In this document: in pieces, positions 17,899 to 26,039 of the stretch
Layout: each line of letters begins with the position of its first letter
Position numbering within the stretch: position 1 is the stretch's first letter
Assembly (NCBI GenBank): GCA_040758255.1
Contig: JBFLVX010000001.1
Coordinates: 132 to 64,131 of the forward strand
Length of the DNA: 64,000 bases
Direction: 5' to 3'
From: Nitrospirota bacterium
Lineage (GTDB): Bacteria; Nitrospirota; Thermodesulfovibrionia; UBA6902
Position numbers and translations under genes: made by a program
Notes under the pieces: generated by a model
Databases searched by the model: none
What the model saw: the letters and a program-made list of their open reading frames with translations, nothing else
What the model was told of the DNA's origin: nothing

Positions 17899-20169
17899 TT
17901 ATCTCTTTGAGAAACTCTTCTTCCGCCTCTTTATTGCCATGAAGACAGCTCCGGCAGGTATGAACGCCATTAAGATATCTACACCATTTGCATCCTCTCC
18001 GGCAGTAATTGAGCAGCCCCCGCCTCCACCCCCTTCGGAACTCTCCCCGCTGGTTGTAGCGCCGGCTTCATTTGAGTAGCTTGAACTGCCCTCGGGATTG
18101 TATGCCTTTATACGATAATAAAAGAGAGTTGACGGATTGAGACCTGTATCATTGTATCCGGTTACATTGGCGCCAACTGCCGTTATTTCAGAGTATGTTC
18201 CTCCGTCTCCTGTCTTCCTCTCTATCCTGAAGCCTGTTTCATTATTTGAATTATCCGTCCATGTCAGATTTATACTGGAGCTTGACGCTGCTGCCGCATT
18301 CAGGCCGGAAGGAGCATTCAGCGGGACTAAATTAAGAACCGCACTATATGCGTTCAGCCTTCCGCCTGTTAAGGTCCGGCCTGACATTGAGGGTTTTAAA
18401 TCTGCAGAATTCAAGATGATCTCCTTTGCCTGCAGACTGCTCAAAGATGGATTGAGCGAAAGGATCAATCCCGCGGCGCCTGATACATGCGGGGCTGCCA
18501 TAGAAGCCCCGCTTTCATCAGCGTAAGAATAATTGCTTACAGTTAACGGCTCCCTTACAAGCCTGACATCATCAATATAGACCCCGTCAAAGTTCGCTGA
18601 GTCATCAGACGACAGGCCGAAGCCAAAATAGAAACTGTCGAGACTCTCGGCAACAGAGGTGAAATCAGCAGAATATGAAAGAAAGTTTCCATTTGTGCTC
18701 CCTGTCCTGAAATCTGTCCAATCCCAGTTGAGGCCGTCCGGCGAATAATTAATATCAAGGTAGTCAATGCCGTGTTCAAGATCAAGAACCCCTCTCCATT
18801 GAAATGACATGGTATAACGGTTATCCTTTTCAGAAACTACCTGTGACGCATACCATACGCGTGAACTCGTATTGTTAAGGTAATTCGCGGAAGGGCTGTC
18901 CTCAAGGCTGTTAGTGCCGCCAACGCCTGTGCCGCCTGTCACAGCCCATGTGCTATTTGTGCCTCCCCTGTCCCACCCCAATAAAGGGAGGCTCCCAGAT
19001 GCCCCTTCAAAATCCTCGCTGTAAACTGTTACCGGGCTTCCGGAGCTTATTATGGGGAAAGTGCTATATATATTAATCCCGGGGGCTGCAATGTCTACTG
19101 AATTTGTCCCAAAATTGGAAAATGTGGCGAGTGTATCATTCTGATCGGAGGCGGTGACAGATATTATGTTTGAACTTGTGTAGCTTGCGGGATAAAAAGG
19201 GATCGCATCATTATTCGTTCCGCTGTTTCCCGCAGCGCAGACAATTAGAGCGTTTGAGGCGTCTATTGCGTCCTTAAGCACCTGGCTGTACCCGCTTCCG
19301 CCCCAGCTGTTGTTTATTACTCTGGCTCCTTTGGCGTTTGCATAGAGAATGGCGGACGCGGCGTCGGCAGTTGTGCCGCTTCCGCTTACACCTAAAATTC
19401 TCAGGGGCATTATTTGCGCGTCCCACATCACACCTGCAATGCCGATGCTGTTATTGCCCTGCGCCGCGATAGTGCCTGATACATGAGTGCCGTGGCCGTC
19501 ATAGTCGGAAGGGTCGTTGTCATTGCCGATGAAATCCCAGCCATTGCAGTCATCTATATAACCGTTGCCTTCATTATCAATGCCGTCCGAACAATTTGTC
19601 TCCCCGGTGTTTCTCCAGATGTTGCCGGAAATATCCGGATGGCTGTTTGCAAGGCCCGTATCAACAACCGCAATAATCACGTCATGCGAGCCTGTTGTTA
19701 TATCCCATGCTTCAGGCGCGTCAATATCAGAATCGGAGGCGCCTCCGCTCTGTCCGGTATTGTTAAGCCCCCAGAGGTTGTTGAAATACTGATCCGAAGG
19801 CTCAGATGCTTTATGGATGATATAATTCGGTTCAGCATACTCGACATTCGGGTCATGCTGATAATGTTCGATCGCTTCTGCAACAGTGATATTTTCGGGA
19901 AGCTTTATCTGATCAACCATGATCTCTCTCATCTCTCTCTTCCTGACCGCATTGATGGAGGAATGAAGCCCTTTCGCTGTAATCCCGGATGTGCCGTCAC
20001 GGAACCTCACAAGAACTTCTCCCGGCACATAGTCAGCCTTATTTTTCGTATCAGCGGTTATGCCGCTCTGCTCTATTCCGGATATGCTGCTGGAAGATCC
20101 GCAGCCAAGCAAAGAAGAGAGTACGATCATTACTGCTGAAACTTTTAAAAATATTGGAATACTCTTCAT
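17899..20169 (-). CDS. secreted subtilisin-like serine protease (S8) with lipoprotein signal, fibronectin-III-like domain and a Gly-rich/Cys + TM + basic C-terminal sorting-signal-like tail
   Basis: Catalytic triad contexts VAVVDTGLAN (D), HGTHVSGTIAA (H), GTSMAAPHVSGAAGL (S); signal LLGCGSS; FN3-like INLTWTDNSNNETGFRIERK; tail GGGGGGCSI...VDILMAFIPAGAVFMAIKRRKKSFSKR. Confidence 0.85.
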   Translation of the reverse strand: MKSIPIFLKVSAVMIVLSSLLGCGSSSSISGIEQSGITADTKNKADYVPGEVLVRFRDGTSGITAKGLHSSINAVRKREMREIMVDQIKLPENITVAEAIEHYQHDPNVEYAEPNYIIHKASEPSDQYFNNLWGLNNTGQSGGASDSDIDAPEAWDITTGSHDVIIAVVDTGLANSHPDISGNIWRNTGETNCSDGIDNEGNGYIDDCNGWDFIGNDNDPSDYDGHGTHVSGTIAAQGNNSIGIAGVMWDAQIMPLRILGVSGSGTTADAASAILYANAKGARVINNSWGGSGYSQVLKDAIDASNALIVCAAGNSGTNNDAIPFYPASYTSSNIISVTASDQNDTLATFSNFGTNSVDIAAPGINIYSTFPIISSGSPVTVYSEDFEGASGSLPLLGWDRGGTNSTWAVTGGTGVGGTNSLEDSPSANYLNNTSSRVWYASQVVSEKDNRYTMSFQWRGVLDLEHGIDYLDINYSPDGLNWDWTDFRTGSTNGNFLSYSADFTSVAESLDSFYFGFGLSSDDSANFDGVYIDDVRLVREPLTVSNYSYADESGASMAAPHVSGAAGLILSLNPSLSSLQAKEIILNSADLKPSMSGRTLTGGRLNAYSAVLNLVPLNAPSGLNAAAASSSSINLTWTDNSNNETGFRIERKTGDGGTYSEITAVGANVTGYNDTGLNPSTLFYYRIKAYNPEGSSSYSNEAGATTSGESSEGGGGGGCSITAGEDANGVDILMAFIPAGAVFMAIKRRKKSFSKR

Positions 20170-20240
20170 AGTCTGCCTTTCTTAATGGATTATAAGGACG
20201 TATACCTGTCTTCTACTATATGAAGTACGGGATACCGGCG

Positions 20241-21026
20241 TCAAGATTTTTCCCTGCCGCTAACAGGAAAATATAGGGCATCTGCAAGTTTTGTAAAATC
20301 TATTATGCTTAACTTCTCCGGCCTGATGCCCGGGTCAATGTCAGCTTTCCGCAAAGCATCTTTGATGCCTTCAAATTTCTTTAAACTGTTTGTTACCGTC
20401 TTTCTCCGCTGAGAAAATGCGGCCTTCACCACGCTGAAAAAAAGCTCCTCATCTTTGACCGGATAAATAGGCGATTGAGAGACCTCAAAACTCACAACTG
20501 CTGAATCCACTTTTGGAGGCGGCAGAAACGCCTTGCGGGATACTGTAAATTCCAACTTTGGCTTTGTGTAAAACTGAGCAGAGATTGAGAGCACACCGTA
20601 CTCCTTGCTCCCGTGAGAAGCAGCGATCCTTCTTGCCACTTCCTTCTGCATCAGCAATGTCATGCTCGGTATCTTATCTTTGAATTCGAGCAGCCTGAAT
20701 AAAAGCGGTGTGGTTATATAGTATGGAATATTGGCAACGACCTTAAAATTGCCTTCAATCGTATCATACGGAAACTTCAGGGCATCGGCCTGTATGATCT
20801 GAACATTATTGTTAGCAGAAAGAATTCCCTCAAGCTTCTCAATCAATCTCTTATCAAGCTCAATTGCTATGACCTTCTTAGCATAGAGCGAGAGAAATCT
20901 TGTTAGCGTCCCCAACCCCGGGCCTATCTCAACAACCGTGTCATCCGGTGTCACACCGCTGCACTTTATAATCTTCTTAAGTATGTTGGGGTCAAAAAGA
21001 AAATGCTGTCCAAAAGGGCGTTTCAT
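20241..21026 (-). CDS. rsmA: 16S rRNA (adenine1518-N6/adenine1519-N6)-dimethyltransferase RsmA/KsgA
   Basis: MKRPFGQHFLFDPNILKKII N-terminus, SAM motif VVEIGPGLGTLT, NIPYYITTP motif. Confidence 0.9.
   Translation of the reverse strand: MKRPFGQHFLFDPNILKKIIKCSGVTPDDTVVEIGPGLGTLTRFLSLYAKKVIAIELDKRLIEKLEGILSANNNVQIIQADALKFPYDTIEGNFKVVANIPYYITTPLLFRLLEFKDKIPSMTLLMQKEVARRIAASHGSKEYGVLSISAQFYTKPKLEFTVSRKAFLPPPKVDSAVVSFEVSQSPIYPVKDEELFFSVVKAAFSQRRKTVTNSLKKFEGIKDALRKADIDPGIRPEKLSIIDFTKLADALYFPVSGREKS
20986..21026. repeat. 41-bp direct repeat copy 1 (covers the rsmA start codon and first 13 codons)
   Basis: ttggggtcaaaaagaaaatgctgtccaaaagggcgtttcat; second copy at 21855-21895 differs at one base. 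Confidence 0.85.
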
Positions 21027-21035
21027 AAAATCGCA

Positions 21036-21374
21036 CTATTTACCGCTAGCTGCCAGCGCATTCAATCTCTTCAATGTGTCGGGGAATTTTCTGACAAGCA
21101 GAATCAAGGCCGCGGCCTGCATATTAGGTTTTGAGCTGCCCTGCTCCCACTTTTCAAGCGTGCGGGGAGATACGCATAACTGATGGGCGAAGACAGACCT
21201 TGAAAGGCGCAGTTTATCACGCACTTCGCGGATTATTTCAGGTGTAACGGCAGGCTTATATTCTTTACCGACCTTGTATTCGCGCAAGGTTATCTTGCCT
21301 TTACGGTGTTGCCTTATTTCTTCAATCCCTGTTTTCAATTCCTGAAATAAATTTCTCTTTTTCATGCGTTCCAC
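21036..21374 (-). CDS. XRE-family helix-turn-helix antitoxin (HigA-like) of a type II TA pair
   Basis: HTH segment LSRSVFAHQLCVSPRTLEKWEQG; 112 aa; overlaps the upstream toxin gene by 13 bp in toxin-first order. Confidence 0.7.
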   Translation of the reverse strand: MERMKKRNLFQELKTGIEEIRQHRKGKITLREYKVGKEYKPAVTPEIIREVRDKLRLSRSVFAHQLCVSPRTLEKWEQGSSKPNMQAAALILLVRKFPDTLKRLNALAASGK

Positions 21375-21679
21375 TCCTCTACTAATTTTCTGAGCGACTT
21401 ACACTCATCAGACGTTAAATCCGCGACTTCATTCTTCCCATACAGTGTCAGCAAATATATCTGATCAGCGGCTGTTTGAAAATAATAGATTATCCTTATT
21501 CCGCCGCGCTTCCCTTTGCCTTTGGATTTCCAACGTATTTTTCTCAACCCGCCGGTCCTCTGCATTATATCCCCGGCCTCAGGATTCTCTGCAATATATA
21601 ACTGAAAATCCTTGTACTCTTCATCGGTCAGATAATCTGACACCAGTCTGGTAAATATCCTTGTTTCGATAAATACCAT
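21362..21679 (-). CDS. RelE/ParE-superfamily toxin (HigB-like, phage-related killer protein type)
   Basis: KGKGKRGGIRIIYYF motif characteristic of this RelE-like family; 105 aa; toxin-antitoxin gene order typical of higBA. Confidence 0.7.
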   Translation of the reverse strand: MVFIETRIFTRLVSDYLTDEEYKDFQLYIAENPEAGDIMQRTGGLRKIRWKSKGKGKRGGIRIIYYFQTAADQIYLLTLYGKNEVADLTSDECKSLRKLVEEWNA

Positions 21680-21854
21680 GATTAATTATACCCAAATAGC
21701 GTATAGTATGGCAACTCGTTCATTTCTCCACACCTTCTTATGTCCATATTCATCAACGATATTGCAAAGGAATCGCCCTGCGTTCCATTTCCTCCCGTGC
21801 ATGTCTGGAGATTTCAAATGTCATTCTATCCCCGTCTCCTCACTCTCCCGCCCC

Positions 21855-21895
21855 TTGGGGTCAAAAAGAAAATGCTGTCCAAAAGGTCGTTTCAT
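21855..21895 (-). pseudogene. orphan duplicate of the rsmA 5' end (encodes MKRPFGQHFLFDP then diverges); 41-bp direct repeat copy 2
   Basis: Reverse complement reads atgaaacgaccttttggacagcattttctttttgacccc, identical to the rsmA N-terminus except one silent-position change; no continuation of the rsmA frame. Confidence 0.7.
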
Positions 21896-22098
21896 TGAAG
21901 TTTCTCAATTAATGAATTTTGCCATTTTTCGGAATGTTTTGTTCCCAACTTACATTGCCATAGCTCAATCACTTTCCATCCTGCCTTTTTTAATTGCTGG
22001 ATATTCTTTTTATCCCGCTCAACATTCCCGTTTATCTTCTTTTCCCAAAACCGTTTCCTCGTCTCCGGCAGTATAGGGTTCTCGTGGCACTTTTGGAT

Positions 22099-22893
22099 TC
22101 ATTCCCTGAAAATATTTTTGTGATGATATTCTAAAAATTCTTTTGAAGGCAAAAATTTATCTGGCAACATGATAGATTTATTTTCATATTTAAGAAACAT
22201 CTCGTTAACTATATTTTCTTTTTTAAAATCATTGAAATATTTCGAAATTTTGATTTCATAATTAGCCGTAACAGTTATAAAACCTTTATCAAATGCCTTA
22301 TCGTGAAGCGAATTTAAACACAAACCATTATGAGGATTTAATCTGTTTTTTTCATCTTTTGACCAGGGAATAATATGACTTGCAACTAATAAATCTGGAA
22401 TTGATAAACCTGTAATGCAACACTTCAAATTATAAGAGGAAAGAATTGTAGAGCGAAAAAAACTTTGATTAACCCTTGCTTTGATTATTGCTTCCCTTTC
22501 CGCTCCTGCTGGAATGTCAGCAATGTTTATTTCTGAAAATGTCTCTAAAGGTCGATTTGCAAATTTTGCAATCAACAATTCGCTTTCATAAGCAAGATTA
22601 TCCCAATCATTATTGAATTCTTTCCAGATAATTTCATCCAGCTTGCTTGTATTTCCTAAACCAACAATTCCTCTCTTCTTTAATTCAGGGTCAAAACTTC
22701 CAAAATTTCCGATTTTCATTTTGACAGAATTTGGTGTCCTGCCTATGATTTTTGCAATACGAATTATATCTGGATGCTTTGAACTAACTCTATTGAAAGG
22801 AATTTTACAATAAAGATTTAACGCAACAATTGTTTGTTCTCTTGTCCATGTATCTTTTGGCATTTTAGTATTTCCTGACCCTTTTTTATCCAA
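22099..22893 (-). CDS. stand-alone HNH endonuclease (HNH_2-type, restriction-endonuclease-like) in a low-GC patch
   Basis: ASHIIPWSKDEKNRLNPHNGLCLNSLHDKAFDKG HNH core; strongly AT-rich codon usage compared with flanking genes. Confidence 0.7.
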   Translation of the reverse strand: MDKKGSGNTKMPKDTWTREQTIVALNLYCKIPFNRVSSKHPDIIRIAKIIGRTPNSVKMKIGNFGSFDPELKKRGIVGLGNTSKLDEIIWKEFNNDWDNLAYESELLIAKFANRPLETFSEINIADIPAGAEREAIIKARVNQSFFRSTILSSYNLKCCITGLSIPDLLVASHIIPWSKDEKNRLNPHNGLCLNSLHDKAFDKGFITVTANYEIKISKYFNDFKKENIVNEMFLKYENKSIMLPDKFLPSKEFLEYHHKNIFRE

Positions 22894-22946
22894 AATAGGA
22901 ATGCTCCATTTTACAACAATAAGGGTAAGGAGAAAAGTGTGCGGTA

Positions 22947-25900
22947 TTATACCGCCCGCACTTCCCCAATATGCGTAAAGACTATGAACGACTTAACCGC
23001 GTTTGTATTGAATATCTTACTCACCGCTTTTTTGTAAATATCAAGCTGGAATGAATGTTCTTTCACAAGTTCTTTCATCTCATCATCCGCAACGGGAAAT
23101 GTCTTGTAATCATAAATATTGTAAGCATCGCCCTCTTTTATTATCCTGTCTATTCTTCCCCTGTAAACAGCGGTCCCTGATTCAAGAACAAAAGGTACTT
23201 CGGCAAATGAATCTTTCACAGGTTGAATGATGCCCTGCCATATACCTTTCTCTTTAAGAAGCGCGACGGTCTTTTTTATCTCGGTAATTCCGTCTTCAGA
23301 CTCGGACTCATTCATTCCTCTGGATATGAAGAGCCTTGCCGCCATTTCCGCTATACCGTCATCTGTTATATCACCTTTGGATATCTTCTCAAATATCTCG
23401 TGCAGTATCTCTCCCGGAACTGCCGTCTTCATGCCCTGACCCTTTATCAAAATACCGCCGGTGACGGTCTTCCATTCTTTCTCTGCTCTCACAGGCGTTG
23501 GTATGAAATCCGCACGAGGAGGTCTTTTCTTTTTTCCGGCAGAAGCTGCAACCGGCGGGGCTATTATTCCGGCTCCGTCAACAATTGAGAGCCCCGGAAT
23601 ATCTTCTTTAACACTGTAACCGTCATCAATCTTCTCAAGCACTACGCCCTCTTTCAGATAGCTGAGAAAGCTCTTTCCCCGCTCTTTCCATGTAGTGATA
23701 AGAAAGAGCGCCTCTTCAGCCCTTGTAACGGCAACATAAAAGAGCCTCTTCTGCTCCTCCTCTTCTTTCATCAGATGGAGCTGGAAGTCCTCATCCCCTC
23801 TCCTCAACGCAGCATCAGTTACAGACTTAAAGAAGAACTTCCCCTCTTTTTCATACACAAGGTTCTCATTATTTCTTAAGGTGAATTGGTCTTCGATCGC
23901 CGGAAGAAAGACAACCGGGAACTCCAGTCCTTTTGCCGTATGTATCGTCAGTATCTTTACCGCATTCATGCCTTCAGCATTCACATTCGCCTTCGCCTCT
24001 TCTTCCCGGCTTATCGTCCTCTCAAGGAACGCCCTGATCTTTATAAGCGGCCTTCCGCCTGACTCTGTCTCTTCCATGATCCTGATGAACTTCTTTATAT
24101 TCGCGCGCTGCTGCGGCTCGTAATAATAACGCCATGCGCCTGTCTCAACGAGAACACGCTCTATCAGCTCGGCAAGCGGTGTCTCTTTGATCACCAAGAA
24201 CCATTTGTCAAGAAGCGATACCGTTCTTTCTACGCTACTTTCTTGCGCACAAATGCCATGCAATTTTGAAAACAAGCTATCGCCTTCTTCCCCCGCAGCC
24301 TTCAGCACAACATCTTCATCAAGCAGAAATAACGGGCTTTTAAGCAGAACATAGAGGCTGTAATCATCCTTTGTATTTGAGAGAAAATATACCAACGCCC
24401 GGAGTACCGCAACCTCAGGCTCCTGATAAAAGCCGATCCCCTTTACCGCGATAAATGGGATGCCATGCCTGATCAGCGCCTCCTCATATTTTTTCAGATG
24501 CGTTCTTTTTCTAAGGAGTATGGCGATGTCAGCATGCATGCATTCTCTCTGAATCCCGGTCTTTCTCTCTGTGATGCGTAGGCTGCCGACAAGCCCCTTT
24601 ATCTTCTTTGCGATTACATCAGCCTCTCTCTCCCTCTGAAGCGATATGCCCTCATCCTCATCTTCAAGCATTATCAGCTCTACAATCCCTCTGCCTGTCA
24701 GGTTCTTTCTATTCGCTTCGAACTCGCCGTATCCGGTCATCCACGCTGGCGCGGCGTCATCAGCGGACATTATCTTTGAGAATACGGCATTTGTAAATTC
24801 TATTATCGCAGGCGCGCTACGGTAGTTCTCCTTCACCTCTTCATAATAAAACTCATCTCCAAGCCACTCCGAGAGCTTCTCCTTTGCCCTGCGGAATATC
24901 TCGACATTCGCGCCCCTGAAGTAATATATGGACTGTTTTCTGTCGCCTACGAGGAATACCGTCGGCCTTATCCCCTCGTCCCTCTTTGCGCCCAAGCCTG
25001 AGCGCCACTCCTCAGTAAGCCTGTCTATCACAGCCCACTGGAAATTATTCGTATCCTGAAATTCATCCACGAGAATATGGTCTGTCTTCTCGTCAAACGC
25101 GTAAAGGATGTTCGCCCACTCAGGCTCTTCAGTGAGCATGCGATACGCAATGTATTCAAGATCGCTGAAGTCAAGAAGCGCTCTGGAGCTCTTTAGAAAC
25201 TCATGCCTCTTAAGGCAGCTTTTGAATATCTCCCTTATCCTCAGCGCCCTGTTTGCGTACTCCTCAAGTTTTTTCTCTCTCCAGAAGTCGTGCATCTTCA
25301 CTGCCCACTCTTTATATTCAGCTATTCCGCTCAGTCCTTTCGGAGTTTTTTTGCGCGGCTCTTTATCCTTTGTAAGAAAGTGATCTTCAAAACCAGCCGT
25401 CTTTTCAGTTTCTCTCTCATTGAAATAATCACGGTAGCCGTCAATCGCTTCTTCCGCGCCCTCCCATGAGAGTAGTTCATCGAGCAATTGCGGCGTGTCA
25501 GTTGACTCATGCACCGGGACAACCGCTTCAAGAGAGAAGGGCCTCTTCTCATAAAGGTAATTGACCGTGTCGCTGAGGCTTGCGAGCCCCCTGAAACCTT
25601 TCTCTCCAATGGTCTGAAGAAATAGCTCATGATTACCGTCTCCTGATCCTGCCTCCATAAGGAGTTCGTATATTATCTCCTCCCACATTATCCTTGAGTC
25701 GATCGCATTCTCAACCCTGTAATTTGCGTCTATCCCTGCCTCAAATGAGAAACGCCTCAAAAGCGTTCCGCAGAAAGAATGAATGGTCGAGACTCGCATT
25801 AGCGGCATCTTCTCAATCAAGGAATCAAAAAGGCGGCTGTCCTCTGCCTTCAGTATCGTCAGGATCCTCTGCTTCATCTCAGCCGCGGCCTTATCAGTGA

Positions 25901-26036
25901 ATGTGACAGCGAGGATCCTCTCAACACCTGCCCCGCTCTTTAATAGCGCGATATATCTTCTTGCGAGCTTCTCGGTCTTGCCCGAGCCTGCCGGCGATGA
26001 GATGATAACGCTCTTGTCAGTATTGAGGTAACTCAT
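22947..26036 (-). CDS. AddA/PcrA-like UvrD-family helicase with C-terminal PD-(D/E)xK nuclease domain
   Basis: Walker A SSPAGSGKTEKL, UvrD motifs ILVDEFQDTN, VGDRKQSIYYFRGA, C-terminal RIDRI...YNIYDYKT nuclease motif. Confidence 0.8.
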   Translation of the reverse strand: MSYLNTDKSVIISSPAGSGKTEKLARRYIALLKSGAGVERILAVTFTDKAAAEMKQRILTILKAEDSRLFDSLIEKMPLMRVSTIHSFCGTLLRRFSFEAGIDANYRVENAIDSRIMWEEIIYELLMEAGSGDGNHELFLQTIGEKGFRGLASLSDTVNYLYEKRPFSLEAVVPVHESTDTPQLLDELLSWEGAEEAIDGYRDYFNERETEKTAGFEDHFLTKDKEPRKKTPKGLSGIAEYKEWAVKMHDFWREKKLEEYANRALRIREIFKSCLKRHEFLKSSRALLDFSDLEYIAYRMLTEEPEWANILYAFDEKTDHILVDEFQDTNNFQWAVIDRLTEEWRSGLGAKRDEGIRPTVFLVGDRKQSIYYFRGANVEIFRRAKEKLSEWLGDEFYYEEVKENYRSAPAIIEFTNAVFSKIMSADDAAPAWMTGYGEFEANRKNLTGRGIVELIMLEDEDEGISLQREREADVIAKKIKGLVGSLRITERKTGIQRECMHADIAILLRKRTHLKKYEEALIRHGIPFIAVKGIGFYQEPEVAVLRALVYFLSNTKDDYSLYVLLKSPLFLLDEDVVLKAAGEEGDSLFSKLHGICAQESSVERTVSLLDKWFLVIKETPLAELIERVLVETGAWRYYYEPQQRANIKKFIRIMEETESGGRPLIKIRAFLERTISREEEAKANVNAEGMNAVKILTIHTAKGLEFPVVFLPAIEDQFTLRNNENLVYEKEGKFFFKSVTDAALRRGDEDFQLHLMKEEEEQKRLFYVAVTRAEEALFLITTWKERGKSFLSYLKEGVVLEKIDDGYSVKEDIPGLSIVDGAGIIAPPVAASAGKKKRPPRADFIPTPVRAEKEWKTVTGGILIKGQGMKTAVPGEILHEIFEKISKGDITDDGIAEMAARLFISRGMNESESEDGITEIKKTVALLKEKGIWQGIIQPVKDSFAEVPFVLESGTAVYRGRIDRIIKEGDAYNIYDYKTFPVADDEMKELVKEHSFQLDIYKKAVSKIFNTNAVKSFIVFTHIGEVRAV

Positions 26037-26039
26037 GGT

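Noticed and set aside
19483-20139. 218-aa plus-strand ORF inside the subtilisin gene
   Set aside because: Antisense to a well-supported S8 protease; no motifs; Cys/Arg-rich composition typical of a shadow ORF.
21678-22076. 132-aa plus-strand ORF containing the GSKRKCCPKGRF peptide also seen in ORF 20938-21183
   Set aside because: The shared peptide merely reflects the 41-bp DNA repeat read in a non-native frame; both ORFs are shadow frames across the rsmA start duplication.
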